Below are positions 30,901 through 43,135 of a stretch of 64,000 nt of DNA, one piece after another. The DNA comes from Macrostomum lignano (lineage: Eukaryota): positions 62,817 through 126,816 of the forward strand of contig NIVC01002997.1 in NCBI GenBank assembly GCA_002269645.1. The letters run 5' to 3'. The notes under the pieces are model-generated. The model searched no databases and was not told where the DNA came from. It saw only the letters and a program-made list of their open reading frames with translations. Position 1 is the stretch's first letter, and every line of letters starts with the position of its first letter. The position numbers and the translations under genes were made by a program.

Positions 30901-33900
30901 TGTCACTCAACACTGAACCGATCTTGTCACTCAACACTGCACCACTCTTGTCACTCAACGCTGCACCACTCTTGTCACTCAACACTGCACCACTCTTGTC
31001 ACTCAACACTGCACCACTCTTGTCACTCAACACTGCACCACTCTTGTCACTCAACACTGCACCACTCTTGTCACTTAACACTGCGCCACTCTTGTCACTC
31101 AACACTGCACCACTCTTGTCACTCAACACTGCACCACTCTAAGGCACTAAATACTGCACCACTCTTGTCACTCAACACTGCACCACTCTAAGGCACTAAA
31201 TACTGCACCACTCTTGTCACTCAACACTGCGCCACTCTTGTCACTCAACACTGCACCACTCTTGTCACTCAACACTGCACCACTCTAAGGCACTAAATAC
31301 TGCACCACTCTTGTCACTCAACACTGCGCCACTCTTGTCACTCAACACTGCACCACTCTAAGGCACTAAATACTGCACCACTCTTGTCACTCAACACTGC
31401 ACCACTCTAAGGCACTAAATACTGCACCACTCTTGTCACTCAACACTGCACCACTCTTGTCACTCAACACTGCGCCACTCTTGTCACTCAACACTGCACC
31501 ACTCTTGTCACTCAACACTGCGCCACTCTTGTCACTCAACACTGCGCCACTCTTGTCACTCAACACTGCACCACTCTAAGGCACTAAATACTGCACCACT
31601 CTTGTCACTCAACACTGCACCACTCTTGTCACTCAACACTGCACCACTCTTGTCACTCAACACTGCATAACTCTTGTCACTCAATATTGCACCACTCTTG
31701 TCACTCAACACTGCCCCACTCTTGTCACTCAACACTGCATAACTCTGGTCACTCAATTGCACCACTCTTGTCACTCAACACTGCACCACCCTATCAATCT
31801 CCAGAGCTACATTAAGTATTGTCCTAGATATGCATTCCAAATGAAAATAATGACAGAAACGCTCAAATTACATACCGTTTAAAAATTGAGCACTGTATCT
31901 TGTATATGCACTAGCATAGGGCGACGCACCTAGTCGACAGTCGCTGATCATTCTGCCGGCAATTGTGACTGCACACCTCCAGCATGTCTTCCAAGTCTGG
32001 CCGCACAATTCCAGCAGTAAAAAGTGGAAGCCAAAGTGCTTCGTCCGTGTCGAGCCCTTGAAAGAAGTGAAGGAATAGTCGCCCAGTCGGCCGAACGCGT
32101 ACGGCTTGGTGAAGCCGCGGGTATCTTTGAAGCCGAACCTGATAAGTTCAAGCGATTGCGCTGCTGTGACAATAATTTCTGTTGTAAGACTTAAAGAAGC
32201 AAATACATTTTTTAAAGCAGGGTTGAATGAGTACTTTGAATATTTGCATCGAATATCACGCTCTTTGAAGGTATTAAGGCATTGATATGTGTGTGGCGCC
32301 AACACTGAAGCCGATCTTGTCACTCAACACTGCTTGCACCAACTCTTGTCACTCAGCTGCACCACTCTTGTCACTCAACACTGCACCACTCTTGTCACTC
32401 AACACTGCACCACTCTTGTCACTCAACACTGCACCACTCTTGTCACTCAACACTGCACCATCTTGTCACTTAACACTGCGCCACTCTTGTCACTCAACAC
32501 TGCACCACTCTTGTCACTCAACACTGCACCACTCTAAGGCACTAAATACTGCACCACTCTTGTCACTCAACACTGCACCACTCTAAGGCACTAAATACTG
32601 CACCACTCTTGTCACTCAACACTGCGCCACTCTTGTCACTCAACTGCACCACTCTTGTCACTCAACACTGCACCACTCTAAGGCACTAAATACTGCACCA
32701 CTCTTGTCACTCAACACTGCGCCACTCTTGTCACTCAACACTGCACCACTCTAAGGCACTAAATACTGCACCACTCTTGTCACTCAACACTGCACCACTC
32801 TAAGGCACTAAATACTGCACCACTCTTGTCACTCAACACTGCACCACTCTTGTCACTCAACACTGCGCCACTCTTGTCACTCAACACTGCACCACTCTTG
32901 TCACTCAACACTGCGCCACTCTTGTCACTCAACACTGCGCCACTCTTGTCACTCAACACTGCACCACTCTAAGGCACTAAATACTGCACCACTCTTGTCA
33001 CTCAACACTGCACCACTCTTGTCACTCAACACTGCACCACTCTTGTCACTCAACACTGCATAACTCTTGTCACTCAATATTGCACCACTCTTGTCACTCA
33101 ACACTGCCCCACTCTTGTCACTCAACACTGCATAACTCTGGTCACTCAATATTGCACCACTCTTGTCACTCAACACTGCCACCACCCTATCAATCTCCAG
33201 AGCTACATTAAGTATTGTCCTAGATATGCATTCCAAATGAAAATAATGACAGAAACGCTCAAATTACATACCGTTTAAAATTGAGCAAAGCGTGTTATAC
33301 TCTTTAAAGAGAGTGAAATTCTCAGTGATGGCATCTGGTAGACTCTTCGGATTCACTGGAAAGTTCTCAAGTTGAAAGTTGAAAGCTGTCTCGCATTTCA
33401 AAGCCACTGTGGAGCTCCGTTTGATGGCAATCTCGGATCGGTTCGGGAAGCGAATCGGTGTCACTTTATTCAGGTAGTCGTGCTTCTCTTCCTTAGTCAG
33501 TGCTGTCGTGATGGCCTCCAGCTCGCCATATGTGATATCCTTCAAAATCAAGCCAAGGATAGACAAGCAGATACATGTGTTGAATAAGTACACGCAGATT
33601 CGTAAATTATCCACTTTAAAAATCTCCCGGCGGTAAAATTTCAATTTCCCCAATTGTCCATGTGGATTGGCTTTAAATTACGTAAACATGAATTTCCGAA
33701 TTTAACAAGTTCAAGAAGACTTGATGGTACAAATCCTTTCTTGTACTACGAGATTTAAAATAGAACAGCTGCTCCATGGTAACCTACCTTCTTGGCAAGA
33801 ATTTGAAACACCTGACCGAACGCGCCGGCCCCAACAAGGGCAACGGAGTCTGTATGAAAGTGCGACCTCAGCAGAACATCCTTCATCAACTCGTGGCAAT

Positions 33901-34009
33901 AGAACTCTGTGAGTCTCTGACGCACAACGTCCTCTTTTTTGTCCGCATTGATGATGCGCTTTCTCAGACTCTTCTTCGTTGTCTGTGACACGCCCACGCC
34001 AGAGGACAT
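27951..34009 (-). CDS. Divergent casein kinase 1-family (CK1/TTBK/VRK-like) protein kinase, exons 34009-33788, 33539-33272, 30380-30185, 28980-27951 (~570 aa)
   Basis: Splice phases 0/1/2 are consistent. Motifs: LVGAGAFGQVF (Gly loop), EIAIK, KEY (alphaC), LLLELCGPDLEDML..LSTR|TVFLIGDQFISRLQ, HNDLKCDQ, IFLIDYGL, GNRRWAPRSNH, EIESACYVLL..FPW, which follow CK1 subdomains. AATAAA ~55 nt after the stop. Confidence 0.85.
29120..29466 (-). mobile_element. tRNA-derived SINE (family 2), inverted copy
   Basis: Reverse complement of the 29698-30046 copy; head GGGCCGTAGCCCAG..GGCTCGATTCC. Confidence 0.8.
29698..30046 (+). mobile_element. tRNA-derived SINE (family 2)
   Basis: A-box TAGCCCAGTGG, B-box-like GGCTCGATTCC; body shared with 29120-29466 and in part with 37975-38296. 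Confidence 0.8.
30625..31790. repeat. 24-bp minisatellite (CACTCTTGTCACTCAACACTGCAC)n, first copy of the array
   Basis: Direct; SLNTAPLL periodic ORFs; lies in kinase intron 2. Confidence 0.95.
31930..32124 (-). pseudogene. Duplicate of kinase exon 3 with a 1-bp deletion
   Basis: Matches 30185-30380 except TCTGGCCGC versus TCTGGGCCGC (195 vs 196 nt); splice sites intact. Confidence 0.85.
32300..33185. repeat. 24-bp minisatellite, second (duplicated) copy of the array
   Basis: Same order of variant units as 31080-31790 at an offset of 1395 nt. Confidence 0.95.
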
Positions 34010-34787
34010 TTTGTTTACAAGAGAAACATTAGCAACCTCGCAGAAAGTGGATAGGTATTTACAATCTAACGTTTTGTTGTCCCAAGAAATCGTCAGTAAT
34101 ATGCCCTCTAATTTTGTTTATGGCATTTGTTATCAAGCATAGATTTTTAGTAACATTGAAAATTCATTAAGTTTACAAAACACCTATCAAGGAAAATCAA
34201 TTTTGCTTCTGCCATCTGGTCTCTAATTGCTTGAAAAAATTCTTACTAGCTTGAAAATACGAGCATTGATTGTCGATGAAATTTTAAGTGAGTAAGGCTC
34301 TGATATTTCCAAATAAGTTGAGAGAAGCATCGGAGAAGCCACACAATCATCAATATTCTGGACCAGTAGCTCCAAAACTTCCCAGCAATATATATTGGTA
34401 AAAAAATTGAGATGATTTTTCAGTATTTATTAAGTACACAAGAAGAATATTTGAACATAATTGACACAAAAATGTAACATGCAAACGGTGCAGACCTATG
34501 CTCATATTTTCAATTCGGAAAACACAGGCATGAAACTTCTTTACGGCACTAATAGTGATTTTGTGCTTATTTCGCGAATCACAGACACCTGCAGCTTCCA
34601 GTGTTAACTCTGATACAAAATAACGCTTTGCTATATCATCTGTAAAAAATTAAACTGGAGTACAACTTTCTGGCGACAAATTTCTGAATAAATATTTTGA
34701 ATAAGAATGCTTGAATATTTCATTTCACTTAACACGCAATTGCTCAAGGGTGTCAGGTGTCAAAGCTCTAGTGTAATTTCCATTAAA

Positions 34788-36708
34788 TCAAACAGTCTCA
34801 TCCACAGTCGCGTGCCGAGGCAAGAACCTTTTAACAGCCCTGGCCTGCATTCCCACAGTCAAGTGGCAGTCGATCATGCTGAAATGAATGGACAAGTTGT
34901 TGTCCGCGTAAAACTGCACCATCTTGTCCAGATCGTCGAACCAGCAGATTTTGTTGCCAAGAGCTACTTTGCCACCTTCCTCTTCGATGCTGATGTGCTC
35001 AAACTTGCCGTTGCCAGTGTGCAGTGAAAGCACCTTGCAGCCTAATTTGCCATCGCGGATCAGGTAAGCGCCGGGTTGCGTGTTCGACAAAATTTCGTGG
35101 GCCCTTTGTCTCGTGACGTTTTTGTGATAAGCTGCAACTGCCAAATGTTGAGTGGGTAGCGCGGGAGCGGTGCCACGCCTGGCTGCACCCACAAGCTGAA
35201 AACAGTGAATATGAACTGTTTGGCTGCAATGAGAACAGCTGTAGCCTTGCATTACTGAGCTCGGCAGGGGCTGGTAGCACTTGGTGCATTTGGTCCCCTC
35301 GGGAATCGTTATGAGCTGGAAACGGTGACCGTTGGAGTTCCAACCGTTCGGTAAGTTCAATGATTTTGTCTCGTCTAAAAGCTTCTTCCACAAGCTCAAT
35401 AGATCCTTGCTTCGCTTTAAACACTCCAGAGTCACCCTATCGCCATCATTTTGAATCAGTTCAAGCGCAAAGGTCTTCTCGCACTTCCTGACCTCCATAA
35501 TGGTGTCAACAGGAATGTTGAAGGCGTAAGTAGATTGACCATCCTTCCTCGGTGGCTTGTTAGCCACAATCAGCTGTTTTGTTGTAAGAATACAAGCGCA
35601 TATTATGCTCTCTACCTTGCCACTCTTCACCGTTTTCACCTTGAAGGAATCATTTCCCAGGTGCAGTCCAATAAGCGTTGGATTTCCAAGATCGGTTGGT
35701 AGCTGCTGGATCTGTCTCAAAATTTCCTTTGTAGCAGCGAGTTGCTCAGCTTGTTTTTTGTACTCATTAGTTTTATCCAGAAAATCCTGCATTGCTGCAA
35801 CAATCTCACCTACGCATGGCGCGGCGTCGGGAATGTCTTTTTCTGCAGCCTTCTGCAGCCGCTCAAAGAGCATTAGGTAGCTCGTTGTTTGACGGATCGG
35901 AGCCTCAAACAGAGCACGAAAGCCCAGACCAGTACAGCCGTTGTTGAAGTGTCTCTCAAGCAATTTGAGTTGGATCTGTAGCGAAGGGGTTTTCCCATCT
36001 TTCATTATTTCTTCAGCAGTCGGCAAGCTGAAGTAGACTTCTAGCTTAGGAGCCAACTTTGTAAAGGTCAGGGAGCTGCATGCAAACTGCTCATGGTCGG
36101 CAAGGGCGCTGAGCTTCAACTCTTTGTGAACCAGGTACAGCTTCTGTGCCGAAACACGACAGAACTCCTCGCTCCACTCTGACAAGTCCGAGCAGCTCTT
36201 GCCGATACAGAAGCAGCTTGGTGAGCTTGTCTACGAGAGCCTTCTCGTGGTCGCAGATCTCCTTGATGATTTTGTCCATCATTCCTCCACCGACGCTGAT
36301 GTTTGACTGTCGCTTCGGCTTTGGAACAACTTGACCAGACTTGCTGACGAGTTTATGAATCGAACTCACCACCTTTTCAGGATTGCTCATCGTGAGCAGA
36401 TCGTCCGGCTCGAACAGCTCGTCTTCGCGCATTCCAAACTCTTCTTGGCACTTTTCAACAAAAAAATTCAGATTTCTTTTAGCTATAATCGGGGAATTGA
36501 TGGCGCAGCACGTTTCATTACCACTGGAGATGCGGCCTTCGCTCAGCTGTGTGAGCACTGTGCAAAGTATCTCACCATTGCTCAGTAGCTGACAAAGATC
36601 TTGATCACTTGAGCAGTCTGAAGCAAATTCTGGATTAGAAAGCAATTGCTGGAGTGCTTGAATGCATTCCCCTCTTATTTTATCGCCGGTGGTCAAATAG
36701 TTGTCCAT
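34788..36708 (-). CDS. Intronless Vav-like protein 1 (CH-DH-PH-C1-SH2), frame disrupted by clustered small deletions at ~36060-36190
   Basis: CH (LCQLLSNGEILC..FFVEKCQEEFGM..ELFEPDDL), DH (IIKEICDHEK..APIRQ..NEYKK), PH, C1 (HRF..CTKC..QGYSCSHC..HIHC), SH2 (GAYLIRD..KVLSL..LDKMVQFY). ORFs 36091-36708 and 34788-36185 are in different frames. Confidence 0.85.
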
Positions 36709-37974
36709 AGAACTGGCTTCTTTGAAGATCGTTCTGTGTTGCTTTTGCTAAACGAAAAGAACTGCTTCTTTGCTTTTTCGCTCTTGTTTTGATGGCTGCT
36801 CAGAGATTCAATTTAAAGCGATGCTATTGTGCTCCACTAGTACCTCGGGTCTTGGGTAAAAACTCAAGCGCAACATCAGTTTTTAAGGCGTACGAGCGTA
36901 CGTGTCTCAATGTACAGTTCTGTTCACTGGCGTGCGTACTTTCTTGCCCACCCCTAACAGGACTCCGAATATGCACATTGCTAACTCAAAGGAAGCCTCC
37001 ATCCTGAAGGCTACAGTGCTGTACCTCGAAAACGACGAAAACTTTACCTCCTGCATTATAGAGTTGTTTGTGAGATATTACATCCAGACCACATACGCAT
37101 GTAGGTTCAGAGGGTCAGAATTTCATTAATTAAAGTTTTTCTTAGCAGTTTCGTCAGGTTAGCTCCATAATCTAGAACATATATGTTTTAGTTCGAGAAA
37201 GTTGTACGATATTAATCTCTTTTAATGAAATGATACTTGAAAGCGAAATCATTTTACTACTTTTGTTAAATAGATGGCAAACAATCAGTTTCTGTCAAAA
37301 CAGTTGCCTAAATTTAAGGCAACTGTTTAAATTTACCTTTCAATGTTATTTAAAATCTCTGTTTCGGGTACGTGTTCTTGAGTCATAGGCAGGTCAATGT
37401 ACAATATTTTATTGCAGATTATAGTCAGTTCGGCTTATAGCTGCGACGGTTGGATTGTGTCCCGTCAAACCCTCGATGGGAAAAACCTCTGTTGAAGAGC
37501 GATCTGGGACTGTCTCTTTCGCGCGTACGACGGGCGTACGACGATCCAATCTCAAGTAGGCCCAAGCCCACAAAAAACCGAGCAAGAAACAGCTTAAGCC
37601 AACTGCCGCTTTGCCTCCACGCAACAGTTGAGGGACCTAGCAATATGGTCAAGGAACGGTCGAACAAAATGAGGTGTCAGGGGTCCGATTAAATAGACGA
37701 CCGGGCTGAGGTCATGATTGGTTAAAGTGAGCAACAAATAGAGGGTGAGGCGGCATGTGACTTGAGCCAAAAGTTCACAGTCAATCAAGAGACCAACATC
37801 GCAGGGCACAAATAACTGAGGATGTATGCACTAGTTTCAATCCAAGTTGACGACGCCGCGCGCAGGCTAGGGAGACAAATAATATAAATATTGACGCAGC
37901 AAGAATATAAATACAATAGTTAATAATTATTAAATACTACGCCTCTACACAAAAACATGGAGACTCAACTCACT

Positions 37975-38296
37975 ACAGTAAATAAATAAGCATTTGATGG
38001 AGGGCTGCAGGCAAGCTGGCGATATCGCCCTACCAGCGCTGAAGGCAGTTCTGTCCATTTCGCTGACTCCTGAGAACAAAACAACCGTGCCACGAACTCA
38101 TCCACACGCTCACGGGGCAGGTGTACGGTACAGCGGCCTCTCTGTGCCTTGGGATTGGCCCTCATGACTGTGAATCGAACTACAACCTTCAGTGGTTAAA
38201 ATGAAGCTCACAAGCTTCAAGTGAATATGTCCGGGCACGGATTTGAACTCGAGTCGTGTGCAAGAATCAGACGCGTTTACTACCGCATGATGCAGC
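37975..38296 (-). mobile_element. Diverged tRNA-derived SINE related to family 2
   Basis: B-box GAGTTCAAATCC; block TGAGGGCCAA.CCCAAGGCACAG and CAGGAGTC.GCG.AATGG.CAG shared with the 29.1/29.7-kb copies. Confidence 0.6.
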
Positions 38297-39489
38297 TTTT
38301 ACAAAAACTCTGGGTAGTCTTGACTGAAGGTTGTGACAGATTTCACTCAACAACATGTTTAAGTTTCCACTCTGATACTGTACCAGTGATCAACATGTGG
38401 CAGCTTTAATCCAACTCAACCCGTAAATCTCCACCCTCCTCACCAGCCTAAGCCAGGGCCTTGTGACTGCATCATCCACAGTTGAGCCGAGAACCGTGGG
38501 AGTGGTTTGAATTGCGTCACTTGGGCTGAGATCTGAGAAAAGTTGACCACTGATTTCGGGGTGAAAACTCTGCCCCAACTTCGTTCAATTCAGTCCAAGT
38601 CAATCCAGATTTTTCTCGTGAAAGCTACATTGTATGTTATCAATATGTTATCTATCTGTCAACAGGATCGCGTCTTTTGACTTCTGCTGTTACTCGAACT
38701 TGCTTGTCTAATGCCCAATTTGAGGGCTTCATTAACTGAAAAGTTGTAAAATAAGCATACAGTCAGTTTCTAATCTAATTTATTGATAATGCAGTAACGA
38801 CCTGATAAGGTAAATAGTACATTTACTAGAGATTTTTGGTTCTTCTCTGGTATTTGTATGACCAGAACTGGCTGTCATGGCAACTCCAAACGAAACACAA
38901 AAATTAAACGGAACAAATGCGTCACGCTTGATATTTTACACACTTGTGAAACAGCTGGATGCAAATTTTCGCAATCAAATGCGCGATGCAATTAGGCTGG
39001 CAGTTAAAGCTTCTCTGTAGCTGGCTGTGACGCCAATTTCGTGCCCGGTGCCTCTATTGTTAGCTAGTTGAGCTCGCAGGAAACTTGACTTTACTTGGCT
39101 TAGCTGCAGGGGCATCGTCCAGCGGCGGATGCAGCGAGTAGGCAGAAGGGACCGCTCATTTCGCTAGCCCCTGGAGTCCAAAAACTTCCAGCGAAGGCCT
39201 GCAACCGTCGGAGAGAACCAATGGGTTAGGTCCGAGATGAGTGAGCCTGGCCCTGGTGAAAACTGGACAGTGGCAGGTAAAGTACACAGGGTTTTCACTA
39301 TCTGAGCAGCAGAAGAAGCGCACCGCTTCTCAAGGAAACAGCCATGCTGACTGCTCTGAGGGCTCTGTGATTGAGCCTTGAGGCCTCTGCGCAGGAGACG
39401 CGTCACGGGACCAAAGGAGATCCTAAGTTTACTGCTGCCACGCATGTCACAGTACTACCCACTGTCAAACCACTAAAGTGTCTATTGTA

Positions 39490-40560
39490 CAACAACAACA
39501 ACAAAAACAACAACAAATTACGCAGCCCCCCACGCAAGGTCACAGTGAGATCAGGGCACGTCAGATGGTGCGCCGCAGAGCCTGACAGCGGACAAAGTCC
39601 GCCCCGTTGGCAGTGTCGGGCGCCCCGGCGTCGCATAGGAGGCAGTCCACGTATCGACGAGTTTGGGCCTGACTTTGCCTGAACGGGCCCTGCAAGATGA
39701 GCAGCAGGACTTCCTGAACAGGTTAGGGGCAGTAGCCCTCGACCCGGATCACGTGGCCCGCCAGTTAAAGTCGCTACCGGCTCAGGATAATCGACAGGCG
39801 CTGCAGCTTGGCCCAATCCTACAGGGCCTCGTCCCGACGCTCTCGTCAGCTCGAAAAGCCGCACGGAGCAGCCCTGAGTGCGCCGAGTCCAGCTGCCGCT
39901 CTAGCGTAGCCGTCAGGCATTGTATAGCAGGACGGTTTCGACCACCGCCTGCCACAGCCAAGCCCTCTGGCGGTCGGGCGGCGCTTCGGACTGGAGGACG
40001 GCTCGGATCGACGGAAGGCTACCCAGACAAGTACTCTGCGCCGCCGAAGGTCTTCCTCCACGTGAGGCACCAGACCGCCGAGGTAGGTGAACCGCTGGCA
40101 ACGTGCAAACTTGGTTGTCTGCCCGTCAGGCCCGCTGGGATGTCGACCTGCACAGTCAGCACCTCAGTCTTTTGCGTGTTGACAACCATACCGACGCTAG
40201 ATGCCACCTCGACCAGCCGGTCGATCTGGCACTGGGCGCCTTCGACGGACGAGGACAGGAGGGCGAGGTCGTCGGCGTGGCCAAGCAAGCTCGGGCGCTT
40301 TTTGCTGTGGCGGCGAACGATGCGTCTGCGCGGCAGGAAGCCGTCGTCAGCCGAGGGAACAGCACAATGTCCTCCGTGGTGACTGGGCTGGTGCAGAAGT
40401 CCTCATCAGCTGGGGTGTCCAGTGGGAGCGCAAAAAGGCAGGCAGCGGCGACGCGGGCGCGTCAGGATGCCGGCGAAGAAATCGCGCAATTCATTCCTGC
40501 GCTCCTCCGGGGTGTCACTGGCCAAGTTCAGCGCCACTCGCTTTTTGCGCCCGTCAGAGT
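39490..40560 (-). mobile_element. Non-LTR retrotransposon (RTE/RTE-X-like) reverse transcriptase remnant, frameshifted and internally deleted
   Basis: LLGHADDLALLSSSVEGAQ..LVEVASSVGMVVNTQKTEVL (YADD motif region), WQAVVETVLLYNA, LERQLDSAHSGLLRAA; (GTT)n tail-like tract near 39490-39515. Confidence 0.8.
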
Positions 40561-41264
40561 CCGCAAATCCGAATGGCCAATCCATTGATAGTACACAATG
40601 CGACTTGCATGAAGTTTACAGTTAGGACAAAAAAACCAGACAGAAAAGTACTTTCACTAGTTTAGCTAGCTTTCCACTTCAGCTATCAAGACACTGCGAT
40701 GTTTGAGATCTCACATCTGCGAATGCAGCAACGGATATTCTGTCAGCTCTTCTGCAAGCATAGCTAGTTAGTAGCCTGTGAACTAAGTTATTTCAAATAT
40801 ATATATAGAGTGTGAAAAAATTACCAATTGACAGTGGAGTCACCACAGTGCGGCCGATAAACATTCACTCAATAATTGGTTTGGTAATTGTCTACAGTAA
40901 CTTTGTCATAGATTGGTATGCAGACTGGATGCTTCGGCAAGAGTGAACAGCAACGAGATAAAACTCAAACTTTATATTTAAATTTGATAACGTTTGAATT
41001 TTTTCTGAGTATCATACAAGAACTACTATTAAAAATAAGTGGCTGATCTACTAAATAATTAAGCGCGTGACAAAAAAGACTTTTGTTGACGAAAAAACTT
41101 GAATAGAACGTGAAACAATGGTGTGAAAAACTTTCATCTAGACTGCTAGCAGAAATGTGAAGAACTTATGATATTCACGATTAAAGATTCGCTGTGTCAA
41201 TAAGGCAATGGTTAGCTATACTGTTTAACTAGAATAGTTAGGGGAGTGCACGAGCACTAATAGT

Positions 41265-43135
41265 CTAATTCGAAGTGCTGAACTCAATGCCTTCGTTCAG
41301 TGTACAATCTATAGTGGTAAAATGAATTGACAGCTTGTTTACTCGATAGAAGTCCAACAGCTGGTCCAAGCTATCGAACGCTTTTGTGTTCTCGCCTAGA
41401 GAACACTTGCCATTGCTTTCCACTATATTGATGTGCTTGATTTCGGTGCTGGTCTTCAAGGAAAGAGCTTTGCCGCCGGTCCTGCTGTTGCGAATCAGAA
41501 ATGTCCCCTCGGGCCGATCTTTGAGAAGCTCTTTTGACCCGTCTCGCGACAGATTTCCGTGATCGACCTCTCGAGCTGGCAGGCCAACGAACCTCTGCAT
41601 GCAGCGCAGGTGACAGCGGTTGTCGCAGTGGGCGCAGCTGTATCCTTGCATAAAAGAGCCGGGCAGAATCTCCTGGCATTCGGAGCACTGCGACCCTTCG
41701 GGTAGCGTCTTGAGCTCGAACTTGTGACCATTGGAGTTCCATCTGGTCGGTAAGTTTAAAGACTTTGCGTCCAGTAGAAGTTTTTTCCACTTTTCCAGCT
41801 CTTCTCGTCGTTTCTGACACTCGAGGACCACCCTGTCGCCATTTTTTCTTGAAATCTCAAGGCCTGATGCTTTGTCGCCGTTTTTTACGTTCGCGATGCT
41901 CTCGATTGGATGTGAAAAGCGTATGTGTTGCACTGGCACTCTTTCTTTTGCAATCTGGAGGCAAAAATCACCTGTTTCGTTGTTACAAGGCAGGTGCAAG
42001 TTTGACTCTCAACCTTGCCCTGCTTTACCGTTTTCACCTTAAAGCACTCGTCGGCTAGATGAAGCCCAATCAGTGCTGGATCTGCAAGGTCTTTTGGAAG
42101 CTTGCATATCTGACCCAGAATGGCTTTCGTGACTGCGAGGTGCTCAGCTTGCCTTTTGTATTCATTGGCTCTGTTAAGAAGGTCCTGAACTCCTGCAACA
42201 ACTTCGCCTATATCATTTGCTAAGTCAGGAAAGTCCTTTCCTGCAGCCTTCTGCAGGCGCTGAAAGAGCATGAGGCAGCTCGTCGGCTGACGGATCGGAG
42301 CGCTGAATAGAGCATGAAAAACCAGACCAACTTGACCGTTGCTGAAGTGCTTCTCAAGCTTGGTAATTTGGTGTTTTTGTACGGGTGATCTCTTGAACTC
42401 TTCTTCCATTCTATTTTGAGCAGTCGGCATGTGCGAAAAGTATTCCTTGTATATCTCTAGTTTGGGAACCATCTCACGAAATAGTGGTTTGAGCTGCTTG
42501 CAGAACTGCTCACAACCCTGGTCGGCAAGGGCGCTGAGCTTCTCGTGGAACTCTTTGTGAACCAGGTACAGCTGCTCCGTGTGCCGAAACACGACTTCGA
42601 CGAACTCCTCGCTCCACTCTGACAGCAGTCCGAGCAGCTCTTGCCGATACAGAAGCAGCTTGGTGAGCTTGTCTACGAGAGCCTTCTCGTGGTCGCAGAT
42701 CTCCTTGATGATGTTGTCCATCATTCCTCCACCGACGCTGATGTTTGACTGTCGCCTCGGCTTTGGAACAACTTGACCAGACTTGCTGACGAGTTTATGA
42801 ATCGAACTCACCACCTTTTCAGGATTGCTCATCGTGAGCAGATCGTCCGGCTCGAACAGCTCGTCCTCGCACATTCCGAACTCTTCTTGACACTGTTCGA
42901 CGAAGAATTTCAGGTTACTTTTAGCCATAAACTGCGAATTGATGGCGCTATACGTCCCATCGTCGTTCGAAATCCTTCCATTGCTCAGCTGCGTGAGCAC
43001 TGTACAGAGTACGTCACCATCGCTCAGTAGCTGACAAAGATCTTGACTGTTTAGGCAGTCGGCAGCAAAGTCTGAGTCTGACAGTAGACGCTGAAGGCCT
43101 TGAATGCACTGTTGGATTTGGCTTTGGTTTGCCAT
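41265..43135 (-). CDS. Intronless Vav-like protein 2 (CH-DH-PH-C1-SH2), ~623 aa after restoring one C near 41909
   Basis: Same domain order as copy 1; SH2 GTFLIRNS, C1 HKF..CSEC..QGYSCAHC..HLRC. A single frameshift YAFHI|PIESI (ATC CCA missing a C) is confirmed by copy 1 YAFNIPVDTI. Confidence 0.88.

Noticed and set aside
37409-37667. Short hydrophobic ORFs resembling a type II membrane anchor
   Set aside because: No ATG start, no splice donor and no recognisable domain.
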